64,000 nt of DNA from an uncultured Nitrososphaerota archaeon (GTDB taxonomy: Archaea; Thermoproteota; Nitrososphaeria; Nitrososphaerales; Nitrosopumilaceae): assembly GCA_963824385.1 (NCBI GenBank), contig CAWGPD010000002.1:1-64000 (forward strand), in the 5' to 3' direction. Under the pieces are notes generated by a model. That model was not told the DNA's origin. It saw only the letters and a program-made list of their open reading frames with translations, and ran no database searches. Below, piece by piece: positions 45,550-56,890 of the stretch. Position 1 is the stretch's first letter. Each line of letters begins with the position of its first letter. The position numbers were made by a program, and so were the translations under genes.

Positions 45550-47330
45550 TTATCGATTAAGATTCAAGATCTTCAGATATATTCTATTTTTTACGTCTAC
45601 AACGCCAGTGTGTAAGATTCTGATCTCAGGCAATGCAAGAAATGGTAGAAAGAGAGGTATGAGATGAGGATTTTTAAATTTACACCCAGTTTCAGTTAGT
45701 TTAGAATCTATACTGGAATACTCATCTAAAGTTTTTTCAAAAGGTAATGCGGATATAAGACCAGCAAGTGGTAATGAAAATTTACTTAGTATATTGCCGT
45801 TTTTAGCTACCATCATTCCTCCTTGCATTTTGGTTAGATTATTTGCAACAAAAGCCATGTCTTTTTCATTTGAACCTATAACTATCATATCATTTTCATG
45901 AAAACTTTGTGTGCACCCAAATGCTCCTATATCAGCACCAAAATTTCTCAAAAATGCTACAGTTTTTTTTCCAGTACCATATGTTCTATCAATAGCAGTC
46001 TACCTTCCACACATCTTTATCATGTGATGGTATAACATTACCATTCTTTACTTGAAGCTCCTCGTGATCTATTTTTGTTATTATTTCCGTGTCAAGTCTT
46101 ATAACTAATGCTTGTTCAGTATTTCCTTTACCTTGTATTACAAAGTCTTTTTCTCTAAACTTTGTTCCTGTTTTTACAGTTTTTAGCATCCAACCTGGAA
46201 TCACAGTTTTGGGTATGTCTATTACAAGATTATTATGAGCCACCATTAATTTTCCGCCTACAAAGACTTTGTTTGGCTTGATCTTTTCTAGATCATCAAA
46301 AACAAGAATATCAGCTGAGCTTGCCAGGAGCAATTGCGCCACGATCTTTGTTCATACCATAATAGTCATAGGAATTCTTTGATGCAATTGTTATAGCGTC
46401 TATTGGATCCATGCCAGTAGAGATAGCTTTTCTTATACAATGATCAATCATGCCATATTCAACAAGATCACTTGGGTTTACTCCATCAGTACAAAACATC
46501 AGTCTGTCAAGATAGGTTTTATGAGATAGTATGTTAGGTAGGATTTTATCAAGATCTCGTCTTATAGAACCTTCTCTCATCATAACCCACATTCCAAGTC
46601 TTAATCGTTCCAGGACTTGATCATAGTCAATTGGTTCGTGACATGAGAAAATTCCAGAGGCGATGTAGGCATTTAGCTTTTTATCACTTGCACCAGCTGT
46701 ATGGCCATTTATGATGCCATTATTTTTTAAAACATGGCGTATACTTTGAATAGTTTTAGGATCTCTTGTTGTAACTTTGGTCCAAGAGAATACTTCGCCT
46801 AGGCCAACTACATTTTCTATGTCTAGCCCTTTTCGCTCTTCTTTCTTAGTTAATGTTCTTGCATGACTAAATTTTCTATCAACTGGTAATCCTCCTGGAA
46901 TTACATGATAAACTCTGATTGGTAGGCTCTGCGTCATTTTAACAAATTCCTTGAACCCTTTGTAACCGCAAACACTTACAACATCAATTGGGTCTGAAAA
47001 TAAAGTCGTAGTACCTGACAAAAGCGATTTTTTTGCAAGTTCGGATGGAAGGACATATTGATCTATGTGGATATGAGGATCAACAAATCCTGGTGTGATG
47101 TACCTATCCTGTAAATCAATTACTCCGGTTTTCTCTCCAACAGTATGAGATGCGTCTTTTCCTACGTATGCAATCCTGTCTTTTTTTATTGCTACATGAA
47201 TTTGAGGTATAATTTCTCTAGAATAGACGTTAACTAGTCTACAATTTTTTAATACAATATCTGCCTTGTTTTCACCCATAGCTACTGCGTTGAGTGATAA
47301 GATCATGGAGGCAAGTGAGCTGGCCTTCAT
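45550..47330 (-). CDS. ade: Adenine deaminase (frameshifts at 46317 and 45999)
   Basis: PGFVDPHIH, REGS, CTDG, IAPGK, LPLAGL, FLALP. Confidence 0.88.
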
Positions 47331-47396
47331 AGAAGAGATACGGTCAAGAGACTATTAAAGCGATGTTTAAATTACGGTCAACGCAGCTCATTTTTT

Positions 47397-47675
47397 ATGA
47401 ATATGCCAAAGGAGATCAATAGGTTTTGTCCCAAGTGTAACAAACACACAGTTCAAAAGGTTTCCATATACAAGGCAGGAAAAAGAAGAGGTTCTGCCAT
47501 AGGTGAAAGAAGACACGCAGAAGATAAGAAAGGTTATGGCGGTCAGAAATTTCCCAAGTTAGCAAAACCAGCAAAGACTACAAAGAAGATTACTCCTATT
47601 ATGACATGTCCTGAATGCAAGAAGAAGTGGAATGTATCCGGCATAAGATTAAGAAAATTGGAGTTAGTTGCATAA
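47397..47675 (+). CDS. rpl44e: 50S ribosomal protein eL42 (L44e)
   Basis: CPKCNKHT, GYGGQ, KTTKK, CPEC. Confidence 0.95.
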   Translation: MNMPKEINRFCPKCNKHTVQKVSIYKAGKRRGSAIGERRHAEDKKGYGGQKFPKLAKPAKTTKKITPIMTCPECKKKWNVSGIRLRKLELVA

Positions 47676-47872
47676 TGAAAAGAGCCCATATTTGGATACC
47701 AAAACCAGGTAGCAAATTCCAAAGAGTACAGTGTAAAGAATGCGGAGAAGAGAGTGTTGTTTACTCACATGTTTCTTCAATAGTTACATGCAAGGCTTGT
47801 GGAAATACTTTAGCTGAACCAACTGGTTCTATATGCAAACCAAATGGAAAAATTTTAGGTAGCGCAGATTAG
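47675..47872 (+). CDS. rps27e: 30S ribosomal protein eS27
   Basis: IPKPGSKF..VQCKEC..CKAC..LAEPTG; start ATG 47675. Confidence 0.93.
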   Translation: MKRAHIWIPKPGSKFQRVQCKECGEESVVYSHVSSIVTCKACGNTLAEPTGSICKPNGKILGSAD

Positions 47873-48439
47873 ATCATAATCCTTTTTCGTATTCAAGTTA
47901 GTAGCTATTCTTTTATCATCAAGAATTACGTATGATTCTGCCACATACTGCATATTTTTAATCTGTTTAGGATCGATGATAGATATTCCAGTATAAGCAC
48001 ATTCTTCATTATTATAATTAACAAAAAATTCTACTTCAAATCCAAGAGATTGAAGAAAACTTTTCCTAACTAATATGCTTGTCCATGGATTTTTTTCATT
48101 TACTAATTTCATAATTTTTCTGATTATTTCAGAATCTAAAAGCGGCATGTCACCAGAGGTTACAAAAATTAATTCGTCAAACTTTGGAATAGACTCACCT
48201 AGATCGTTGACATATCCACTTCCCTTTGTTTCTAATATATCAACTCCCATTCTAGAAACAAATTCACGTGTCTTTGGTGCATTATCACTTGTAACACATA
48301 CTATCTTTGAGAAAATTTTCGAGTCGTCAAAAGCATTTAGAACGTGTTCGATAATGGGTTTTTTATATTTTAAAAGAAGTTTTTCCTCTGATAACTTCAT
48401 TCTAGTACCTTTACCTCCACACATAACTAATCCTATCAT
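47855..48439 (-). CDS. cobY: Adenosylcobinamide-phosphate guanylyltransferase
   Basis: MCGGKGTRM..EK, GYVND, NLNT; cob cluster context. Confidence 0.85.
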   Translation of the reverse strand: MIGLVMCGGKGTRMKLSEEKLLLKYKKPIIEHVLNAFDDSKIFSKIVCVTSDNAPKTREFVSRMGVDILETKGSGYVNDLGESIPKFDELIFVTSGDMPLLDSEIIRKIMKLVNEKNPWTSILVRKSFLQSLGFEVEFFVNYNNEECAYTGISIIDPKQIKNMQYVAESYVILDDKRIATNLNTKKDYDLICAT

Positions 48440-49162
48440 ACCGAAGCAAAAATCAATAGTGATGCAAGTCTAACCAACTCATTACTTGCTCCAAATACAT
48501 CACCTGATATCCCTCCAAAACTCCTATTTGCTACGGTAAGCAATAAAAAAGAAAGTCCTACGCATGATATGACTACAAATACTCCTGTCATTCCGCCCAA
48601 AATCACGGTGGGTATTACAGCCAGTCCTACACCTACAGCAAGTTTTCTTGGATCTTTCATGTATTGAGTAAAAGGAGAACTAAGTCCTTGCCATGCTGAA
48701 AGACCGCGGCTAGCCTGTATTATCATGGAGAGTTTGGCCATTAGTTCACTTAGCAGGATTGCTTCAAACAATACAAAACCCTTCATCATGGAAATAGCCA
48801 GTATCATGCCTGCAGCATATAATACCACGGTTATTACTCCCGCAGAACCAACTGCTGGATCTCTCATTGCTTTGAGTTTCTTTTCTTTTGTTCCTTTTGC
48901 CATCAACCCATCTGCAAAATCACAAAGTGCATCAGTATGATGGATTCCTGTAATGATGACAAGTGCGCCTGTCAAGATTAAACCAGTAACCAGAGGTTGG
49001 ATAAATAATGAGAGACCATAACCCGCTGCACCAATTATCAGTCCTATAACAGACTCCTGCAATTGGAAAAAGATACATGTTCTTTGCAACAGTTTCTAGC
49101 TCACTATTCTTAGAAGGAATAATAGTTAGAAATGATACTACTGATGATATGCCCTTAAACAT
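48436..49162 (-). CDS. cobS: Cobalamin synthase (frameshift at 49053)
   Basis: FLTIIP, HHTDALCDFADG, MRDP, GGISGDVFGA. Confidence 0.92.
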
Positions 49163-50147
49163 TAAACCACCAACCAAGAGAGTACAATAATAAAATCACA
49201 GGGATTGTAAAAATTAAAACAAATAGTATTGAAGTTATTTTCATAATAGAAATTGCAGATTTAAAATGTTGTTCACTTATCTCTGAATTACCATCACCTA
49301 ATACGTAATGCTCAATCTTTTCAAATCGAATTCCAAGTGCACCTGCTAGAGTTGCCATTGGATAACCAGCGTTTGGACTTTCAGTTTTTGGACCATCTCT
49401 TTTCATGATATGAATTGAATGCCTCCAATCTTCTTTTAGAATAATACAAGAAAATACCATTACAAGACTTGTGAGTCTAGAGGGAAGAAAGTTAAGTATT
49501 TTATCACAGCTGGCGGTAAACCAACCTACATTTCTAAATATTTCTGTCTTGTATCCTATCATAGAGTCGGCAGTATTTACAGTCCTGTAAACAAATGCAC
49601 CTACTAGGCCAAAAATTGAGTAATAAAAAAGAGGACCAGTTATGCCGTCAACAATGTTTTCGCTGAGGCTTTCTAGAATTGCAGAGATAATATGTTGTTT
49701 ATCTAAATTCGTTGTATTTCTCTTTACTATCATGGAAAGTTTTGCCCTAGCATCATCCAGGTCATTTTTTGATAATGCATTCATAATTTTTGATGCGTGA
49801 TTTTCCATGCCTTTTATTGCAATAGTAGTCTTTAGAAGAATCCCAACTGATATTATGCTTAAACTTAGGAATAAAATTTTGTAAATTCCATTTAAATCAA
49901 AATTTTCTACATATCTTAAGGTAGAAGAAAATGAGAATATCAAAATAGAAACTATTGTTACTATTGAAATAAGAAGAACCATCCCATTAATTTTTTCAAT
50001 TAATGGATTGATAGATCTTGCATATGGCACAAATTTTCCTATCAGTTTTCCCGCCCAAACTGTTGGATGATATCTATTTTTTGGATCACCAAATAAAAAG
50101 TCTAAAACAAGAGCAAGTATAACTGCAACGATAGGTATCAAAATCAA
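49155..50147 (-). CDS. cbiB: Adenosylcobinamide-phosphate synthase
   Basis: GDP..HP, ESLSEN.VDG, NTADSMIGY, SPNAG; start likely TTG 50147. Confidence 0.92.
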   Translation of the reverse strand: MILIPIVAVILALVLDFLFGDPKNRYHPTVWAGKLIGKFVPYARSINPLIEKINGMVLLISIVTIVSILIFSFSSTLRYVENFDLNGIYKILFLSLSIISVGILLKTTIAIKGMENHASKIMNALSKNDLDDARAKLSMIVKRNTTNLDKQHIISAILESLSENIVDGITGPLFYYSIFGLVGAFVYRTVNTADSMIGYKTEIFRNVGWFTASCDKILNFLPSRLTSLVMVFSCIILKEDWRHSIHIMKRDGPKTESPNAGYPMATLAGALGIRFEKIEHYVLGDGNSEISEQHFKSAISIMKITSILFVLIFTIPVILLLYSLGWWFNV

Positions 50148-50989
50148 TTTAACATATTTCCTATTTTTTTCATATCTAAATTTTTTTTCACAATATGGGC
50201 CAGATGATCTATTTCTTGATCTAAAGTTACAAGATATTTTTTTGTCCATGAAACTTGTTTTGGATTTGCATGTAAGGAATCCTCATCGGGGATATCAAAT
50301 TCAATTAGAGGAATTGTTCCTATTACAGGTCTCAAAGTTTTCTTTTGCAATACAGAATAACTTGGACGTAGTATGGTTACATCTCCCCTGAATTTGTTTA
50401 TGACAAATCCCTTGATGAATTTTTGATATTTTTTATCAAGAAGAGATAATGTTCCAATTATACTAGCAAAACTTCCTCCCTTATCGATATCAGTTACTAG
50501 AATTACGGGAGATTTACAATACTCTGCCATTCTCATGTTAGCAATGTCATATCTTTGTAAGTTTATCTCAGCTGGAGAACCAGCTCCCTCCAGTATTACA
50601 ATATCATTTGTTTTTAACAATTGGTCCAATGCATTTTTTGATTTTTTAAGACCTGTTGAGAGTGCAAATTTTTCATAATAATTTTTGGCATGCATTTTGC
50701 GATAAAATACGCCGTTGACAAAAACTTGACTTGTGTAATTTCCAATGGGTTTTAGTAAAATCGGATTCATTATTGGAATTATTTTGGTTCTTGCTGCAAT
50801 TGCTTGAATAGCTTGCGCCCTTGAGATTTCAAACTCTTTTTCAACATAAGAATATGATGACATATTTTGGGACTTGAATGGAGACACCTTGAACCCTTTA
50901 TCAGAGAGAATTCGGCATAGGGCTGTTACCAGAGTTGTTTTTCCTGCTCCAGAGGATGTACCCTGTATCATCAAAGTTTTTGCGGTCAT
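50144..50989 (-). CDS. cobQ: Cobyric acid synthase, synthetase domain only
   Basis: QGTSSGAGKT, PFKSQNM, NPILLKP, EGAGSPAEINL, INKFRGD, PDEDS; 281 aa. Confidence 0.9.
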   Translation of the reverse strand: MTAKTLMIQGTSSGAGKTTLVTALCRILSDKGFKVSPFKSQNMSSYSYVEKEFEISRAQAIQAIAARTKIIPIMNPILLKPIGNYTSQVFVNGVFYRKMHAKNYYEKFALSTGLKKSKNALDQLLKTNDIVILEGAGSPAEINLQRYDIANMRMAEYCKSPVILVTDIDKGGSFASIIGTLSLLDKKYQKFIKGFVINKFRGDVTILRPSYSVLQKKTLRPVIGTIPLIEFDIPDEDSLHANPKQVSWTKKYLVTLDQEIDHLAHIVKKNLDMKKIGNMLN

Positions 50990-52071
50990 AATTCTCTTAA
51001 CGCCTCAATTAGTTTGAGATTATCTTCATGCGTTCGAACTGCAATTCTTATGAAGTTATTATCTAGTCCACGAAATGTTTTACAATCTCTTATGAGAATA
51101 TTTTTCTTCAATAATTTATCTTGTACTTGATTTGACTTTATCTTTGATTTTATTAGAATAAAGTTTGTATCTGAATTGTAGCAAGTAAAACCCTTTATCT
51201 TCGATATAGAACCTATGAGAAATTTTGATTCCTTTTTTACAAGATGCAGTGTTTTTGATAAATGTAATTTATCAGATAGTGCGTTTATTGCAGATTTTTG
51301 TGCAATTCCACTAACGTTCCAAGGTATCTTAATTTTTTGTAGGATTTCAATCATTTTTTTGTTGCCAAGTCCATATCCAATTCGTAGTCCCGCTAATCCA
51401 AATGACTTTGTTAAAGATCTGAGAATAAAGAGATTATCAAATTCTTTCAAATATGAAATGACGCTCTCATTTCCAGCAGGAACTAACTCAATGAAACATT
51501 CATCAAGAAAGACCATTGTAGATTTATCATATGCAGATTCTAAGATCTTTAACATATTTTTTCTTTTTATGAGAACTCCTGTTGGATTATTGGGATTACA
51601 TAAAAATATGCAATTTTTCTTTGTAATCATGTCTTGAAATTCTGACAAGTTTTCATTCAAATTCATCGTTTTAAAAAAGGAAATTATTGCACCATTTAAT
51701 TTTGCAGCAGACTCGTATTCACCAAATGTTGGTATTTGGACTAGCACTTTTTGTTTTCTTAAAAATGCATTACAATAGTTATAGATTATTTCTGTTGCCC
51801 CATTACCAACTATAATTTGATTTGTTGGAATTGCAGTATATTTTTGAAGATGAGTTCTTAATTCACTTGAATTAGGATCTGGATAAACAGAAACTTGTGA
51901 AAGATTTTTGAAAGCATCTCTCACTCTAGGCGGAAAACCAAGAGGGTTAACATTTGAACTAAAATCAAGTAAATTTGAATCATTTCCAATACCACTTGAA
52001 AATATTCCACCATGAGCAACTACTTTGTGATTTGCTATGACCTTTTCTACTTTAAACCGCACATTTTCCAA
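50986..52071 (-). CDS. cobD: L-threonine-O-3-phosphate decarboxylase
   Basis: HGG, DFSSNVNPLG, CNPNNPTG, RSLTKSFGLAGLRIG; cob cluster context. Confidence 0.85.
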   Translation of the reverse strand: MENVRFKVEKVIANHKVVAHGGIFSSGIGNDSNLLDFSSNVNPLGFPPRVRDAFKNLSQVSVYPDPNSSELRTHLQKYTAIPTNQIIVGNGATEIIYNYCNAFLRKQKVLVQIPTFGEYESAAKLNGAIISFFKTMNLNENLSEFQDMITKKNCIFLCNPNNPTGVLIKRKNMLKILESAYDKSTMVFLDECFIELVPAGNESVISYLKEFDNLFILRSLTKSFGLAGLRIGYGLGNKKMIEILQKIKIPWNVSGIAQKSAINALSDKLHLSKTLHLVKKESKFLIGSISKIKGFTCYNSDTNFILIKSKIKSNQVQDKLLKKNILIRDCKTFRGLDNNFIRIAVRTHEDNLKLIEALREL

Positions 52072-52147
52072 ATATCCATAACGGTATTTAGTTGTGTTTT
52101 GTTCCTACTTCTAAAAGAATATTAATTGTATAAGCACAATTTTCATT

Positions 52148-53224
52148 ATGAAACGCGTAGCCATCATAGGAGTTACTGGTGCAGTAGGACAGGAATTTGT
52201 TCTTGCTTTAGATAAACATCCATGGTTTGAGGTAAAACAGATAGCCGCATCTGAACGATCTGCCAAGAAAAAGTTTGTAGATGCAATTAGAGATGAAAAC
52301 AGCGGCATCTTAAAGTGGCACTTGAGAGAGCCTGTTCCAGAATATGTAAAAAATATGATAGTAGATTCCGTAGAGGATATCAATTCAGATAATCTTGATT
52401 TGATTTTTAGTTCAGTAGAAAGTGAAGCTGCAAGAGACATAGAAACAAAATTTGCAAAAACTACCCCAGTAATCAGCACATCTGCAGCGTATAGATATGA
52501 AGCAGATGTACCTATTCTGATTCCTGGAATAAATGATGATCATATTGCATTATTAGATATCCAAAGAAAGAACCGAGGTTGGAAAGGATTTGTTGCACCA
52601 TTACCAAATTGTACTACAACAGGACTTGCAATTACGATGAGACCACTTTTAGACAAGTTTGGTGCTCAAAAAATAATCATGACTTCAATGCAGGCAATGT
52701 CAGGAGCTGGTAGATCGCCTGGTGTTTCTGCATTAGACATTACTGATAACATAATTCCATACATACCAAAGGAAGAAGACAAAGTAAGACTAGAAACAGG
52801 AAAGATACTTGGAAAGTTAATAGATGGAAAGATTGATCCAGCAAAAATGAAAGTTAGTTGTACATGTACCAGAGTTCCAGTATTAGATGGACATACTGAA
52901 ACTGTTTTTGTTGAGACTGCCACTCATGTTGATCCAGAAAATGTCAAAAAAGCCATGCAAGACTTTTCAAACAATGTAAGTGTTACAGGTTTGCCCTCTG
53001 CTCCAAAAGAATATCTCATGGTCAATGAAGATCCCACAAGACCACAACCAAGACTAGATAGAGAAATCAATCAGGGAATGACTACAGTTGTTGGAAGATT
53101 AAGAGAAGACACAGTGTTTGACAATGGTATCAAGTATGTACTGTTTTCACATAATGAAAAGATGGGTTCTGCAAAGGGTGCAGTATTGTTAGCAGAAATG
53201 TTATACAAAAAAGGTTACATCTAG
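52148..53224 (+). CDS. asd: Aspartate-semialdehyde dehydrogenase
   Basis: GVTGAVGQ, PNCTT, QAMSGAG, RVPVLDGH, RPQPR. Confidence 0.9.
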   Translation: MKRVAIIGVTGAVGQEFVLALDKHPWFEVKQIAASERSAKKKFVDAIRDENSGILKWHLREPVPEYVKNMIVDSVEDINSDNLDLIFSSVESEAARDIETKFAKTTPVISTSAAYRYEADVPILIPGINDDHIALLDIQRKNRGWKGFVAPLPNCTTTGLAITMRPLLDKFGAQKIIMTSMQAMSGAGRSPGVSALDITDNIIPYIPKEEDKVRLETGKILGKLIDGKIDPAKMKVSCTCTRVPVLDGHTETVFVETATHVDPENVKKAMQDFSNNVSVTGLPSAPKEYLMVNEDPTRPQPRLDREINQGMTTVVGRLREDTVFDNGIKYVLFSHNEKMGSAKGAVLLAEMLYKKGYI

Positions 53225-53300
53225 TAAATTATAGAATTATAGAAATTTTATACTAACAACTTTAATAAGATCCAATTATTCACAATAAATGGTATTTTGA

Positions 53301-53759
53301 ATGACAAAAGTTGATGATTTAGACATGATAATCTTATCGGAATTATCACAAGATGCAAACATCTCAGTTCCACGAATTTCAAAGAAGATTAACGTAAATT
53401 CTTCTGTAGTATATAGCAGAATTAAGAGATTAATTAAGAGAAAACTCATTGAGCGTTTTACAATAGTAGTAAATGATAGAGAACTAGGATATACCGTAAA
53501 AGCACTCACTGGAATAAACATGGATTCCAAGATGAGAGATAATGTGATTCAAGAACTAATGAAGATCCCAGAAGTAAGGGAAATTTCAGAAGTAACAGGA
53601 AGATTTGATATCATTGTAACCATGTATGCTAAAAATCTCGATGAAATGCACCGATTAATATCTGAAAGATTAGGAAGAATTCAAGGAGTTCAGCGTTCAG
53701 AGAGTTTTATTGAAATGAAAAGGACGACAAAACCAATGCCTTACAAACCAGCAAAATAG
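53301..53759 (+). CDS. Lrp/AsnC transcriptional regulator
   Basis: N-terminal HTH (VYSRIKRL), VTGRFD RAM domain. Confidence 0.9.
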   Translation: MTKVDDLDMIILSELSQDANISVPRISKKINVNSSVVYSRIKRLIKRKLIERFTIVVNDRELGYTVKALTGINMDSKMRDNVIQELMKIPEVREISEVTGRFDIIVTMYAKNLDEMHRLISERLGRIQGVQRSESFIEMKRTTKPMPYKPAK

Positions 53760-53804
53760 TCAAAGTGACCTTTTCAACCTATAAATAAGTAATAAGTTCC
53801 AAAT

Positions 53805-54722
53805 GTGGGTAAGAGTGTGCTAACAACAAAAGCAAGTTCAAGAATTAAGGTGTACTATGAAGTTACCAAGCCAAAGATATGGTATCTCCTTGTTTTCACA
53901 GCGATAGGAGCAGCCTTTACTGCATCCAATCTATATCATATTCCAATATCAGCATTAACTTGGAGTCTTCTTGTAGGTAGTGTAATAGCTGGCTCTGCTG
54001 CTGCAAATACACTGACTAACTACAATGACAGAGACATCGATGCAATAATGGAACGTACAAAGGACAGACCCATTCCAAGTAGGAGAATTTTTCCTGCTGA
54101 AAAAGCACTATATTTTGGATTAATTCTTACAGCAATATCATTAGTTAGTTCCTTTGCCATAAACATATGGGCAGGTATTTTCATGGCCTTTGGACTTGCA
54201 GATAACATTTTGATTTACAGCAAGTTACTCAAAAGGAGAAGTAGAACAAATATTGTTTTAGGAGGTTTTTCCGGAGGAGCACCTGCAATGATTGGATATG
54301 TAGCAGTTACAACTACAGGCCTATGGGATTTAGGATTAGTAATGGCAGGATTAGTTTTTGTTTGGATCCCTATGCACATATGGAGCCTTACACTTCACGT
54401 CAAGGATGATTATAACAAAGTCAATGTTCCCATGTTAACTGCTGTAGAATCTGAAAAGACATCAGTTCGAGTAATTGCGGGAACAACTCTTATGATGGTT
54501 CTTTTTAGCATCCTTCCATTCTTTATGACAGGTACATCTGGAAAACATCTATTTCATGAAGTATATCTTTACACAGCAATTGTTTCTGGTGCAATAATGG
54601 TTGCACTAAGTATATGGCTACTTGTAAAACCTTCTGAAAGAGCATCATGGACATTGTTCAAGTTTTCAAGTCCATATCTTGCAATACTGTTTATTGCATT
54701 GATGATTGATTCTGCACTTTAG
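53805..54722 (+). CDS. ctaB: Protoheme IX prenyltransferase (heme o synthase)
   Basis: TKP, DRDIDAIMERTKDRP, DDY..VPML. Confidence 0.92.
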   Translation: MGKSVLTTKASSRIKVYYEVTKPKIWYLLVFTAIGAAFTASNLYHIPISALTWSLLVGSVIAGSAAANTLTNYNDRDIDAIMERTKDRPIPSRRIFPAEKALYFGLILTAISLVSSFAINIWAGIFMAFGLADNILIYSKLLKRRSRTNIVLGGFSGGAPAMIGYVAVTTTGLWDLGLVMAGLVFVWIPMHIWSLTLHVKDDYNKVNVPMLTAVESEKTSVRVIAGTTLMMVLFSILPFFMTGTSGKHLFHEVYLYTAIVSGAIMVALSIWLLVKPSERASWTLFKFSSPYLAILFIALMIDSAL

Positions 54723-54737
54723 TTTTAAGATGTATTT

Positions 54738-56073
54738 TTATTTCAAGTAATTTTTTAATGAAATATTGTCTGAACCAGGAATTTTAGCAATTTCAAATCC
54801 CTCGGCCCTTTTTGAGAAAGATTTGGTAGCATCAATTCCCATCTTAGTAGTAAGAAGATTTTTTTGATCACTTGATGGGTCTAGACTAGAGCCTCTTACT
54901 TTTGGCACAATTACTAGATCCTTGTCTGCTTGGAATCTTGTAGCCATTGCATATTCAACAGCAACTGGATCAGATGGATCAATATCATCATCTACCACTA
55001 CGACATTCTTAAGGGACCTATGAGCAGAAAATGTAGCAGTAATAGCTTTTTTTGGATCTGAATCATGTTTTTTTGAAATTTGAACTACGGCATGTAACCA
55101 TTTACAACCGCCCTCTGTTAGAACAACATTCTTGGTTTGTGGTAGTACTTGCTTTAGTTCCTTGTTTATTTTAGCTTCAATAGGCATCCCCATCAGTAAT
55201 TGATGCTCGGCAAAACCAGACTAACACATCATGGAAGATGGGATTATTTCTATAGTATATTCTATCAAGCTCAAAAACTGGTTGAGCTCTTTTGAAATCA
55301 TAAGTACGAAGCATTTCAACCATCCATTCTTTGTGTGTCTTATCCTTGAGAATTCTTCCCTCGATTATTATTTCTGATTCTGATGGTACATGCATTCCAG
55401 AGTAAGGAGACATAGAAAGTGTAAGTTTTTTGTTCAATAACTCATTTGCAATATTGAGCTCATCTTTTCCCCAATCAGCTTGATACGCCCCTGCAATAGA
55501 AACAGCTGGATGAACACCTATCGATATAGCAATTTTAAGATCTTCTCCGTGTTCTTTTGCATAAACAAATGTTCTATGAAGATGTCTTCCTTCTACCATT
55601 CTTATTGAGAAATGTTTGTCATCCATTCGCAATAATCTATTAAATGATGAGTTTTGTGTACCCATTTCTTGATTTTTAGTATAAATGATTGATGAAGTAA
55701 TGAAAGGTCCAGGTTCTTTTTCAAAATGAGTCACTATTGGTAAGGTAAAAAGATCCCTTGACTGATTTTCCATAAATTTGGCTTTTTTGTTTATTTTTGG
55801 TTTTGATGCATGATTTATAGCAGAAATTACTTTTTCATGTATTTTATCTTCAGTAGAGCCAACTGCATAAGCAAATCTCTTTCGTGTACCAACTAAATTT
55901 GAGACTACACGGAATTTACTATCTCTGATATTTTCAAATAATAGTGCTTTTGAGCCGTCCATCTTGGCAGTTACTGCTGCAATCTCAAATTTTGTAGAAA
56001 CCTTCTTTTTTATTAAAGCCAATTCACCCTTTTTAGAAAGGATGTCCAGATAGCTTCGCATATCAGAAGTCAT
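54738..56073 (-). CDS. UbiD-family prFMN decarboxylase, probable anhydromevalonate-phosphate decarboxylase (frameshift at 55220)
   Basis: GRHL, VVVDDDID, GSSLDPS, KMGIDAT; substrate is inferred from the archaeal mevalonate pathway. Confidence 0.8.
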
Positions 56074-56409
56074 TGTTTTATAATCTCCATCAACTCATTC
56101 ATTAGAACTTTCATACTATCAAGATCTAAATCTTTTTCAATATTTAATGAAAAAATACAGATCCCGTTTATTGTAGAAGCTACTCGCTCTGATACCATCT
56201 TAAGAAAAATTGTCTCAGATTTTGATGGTATAACAGCAGTCTGTACTTATTCTCCCACCTGAACTAATAGAAACAACAAGTGTCCCTATCCTCTCCTTTC
56301 CTTCAGTAATGGAAACAAAATTTCCATTATCGTATGGAAGAATTTGTACCAAGAAATCTCGATGATTCACTTCGACGGTTTTTTTTGTATAGCCGACTTG
56401 TGAAATCAA
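56070..56409 (-). CDS. Small protein, possibly proteasome assembly chaperone-like (frameshift at 56240)
   Basis: Frame restored to about 112 aa, stop overlapping the ubiD ATG; family call from recall only. Confidence 0.5.
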
Positions 56410-56433
56410 CAGTTTACTTCAGACTTACTACGT

Positions 56434-56890
56434 CTATATTGCTACCGGCGCTAAAGATACTTTCTTTGTAACTTTTGCAGTCTTAGCATTTTTTGCTGGC
56501 TTTACTACCATAGGCTCTAGTTCAATTTTCTCTACTACAATTTTTGCAGTCTTAGCCTTTGCAGTCTTAGCCTTTGCAGTCTTAGCCTTTGCAGTCTTAG
56601 CCTTTTTTGCTGGCTTTACTACTATTGGCTCTAGCTCTATCTCCTCTACTTCTGCAGCCTTGACAGCAACAGCTTCTAGTTGATCAGCTTCGACTCTCAG
56701 CTCGTAATTTTGCTTTGTATTTTAGGTTTCGTGGTTTAGTTCTTAGTCTATATCCGCAGCAAGGACACCAAAGACCCTCCCATTTTATGAAAATTTCACA
56801 AATTTGGCATCTTTTTTGTCCTGACGCGTAACGACCAGTCCCTACTGGCTTCTGTGCCTTGTATCTTGTGCATATTCCTTTACATGTCAT
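56434..56890 (-). CDS. Cys-rich Zn-finger protein with Lys/Ala-rich repeat tail (frameshift at 56698)
   Basis: CKGIC, CQIC, CPCC; repaired frame continues ARVEADQLE..KPAK(KAKTA)4..APVAI*, 151 aa. Confidence 0.75.
56543..56602. repeat. Tandem repeat, 15 bp x4
   Basis: (TTTGCAGTCTTAGCC)4, encodes KAKTA units on the minus strand. Confidence 0.95.

Noticed and set aside
47339..47381. Direct repeat TACGGTCAA twice in the ade/rpl44e spacer
   Set aside because: Only two 9-mers with no other support.
52148..53224. Asd homologue as malonyl-CoA/succinyl-CoA reductase of carbon fixation
   Set aside because: That paralogue is characteristic of Sulfolobales; nothing here distinguishes it from ordinary archaeal Asd.
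56543..56602. Repeats as a CRISPR array
   Set aside because: Spacerless 15-bp in-frame coding repeats; no cas genes.
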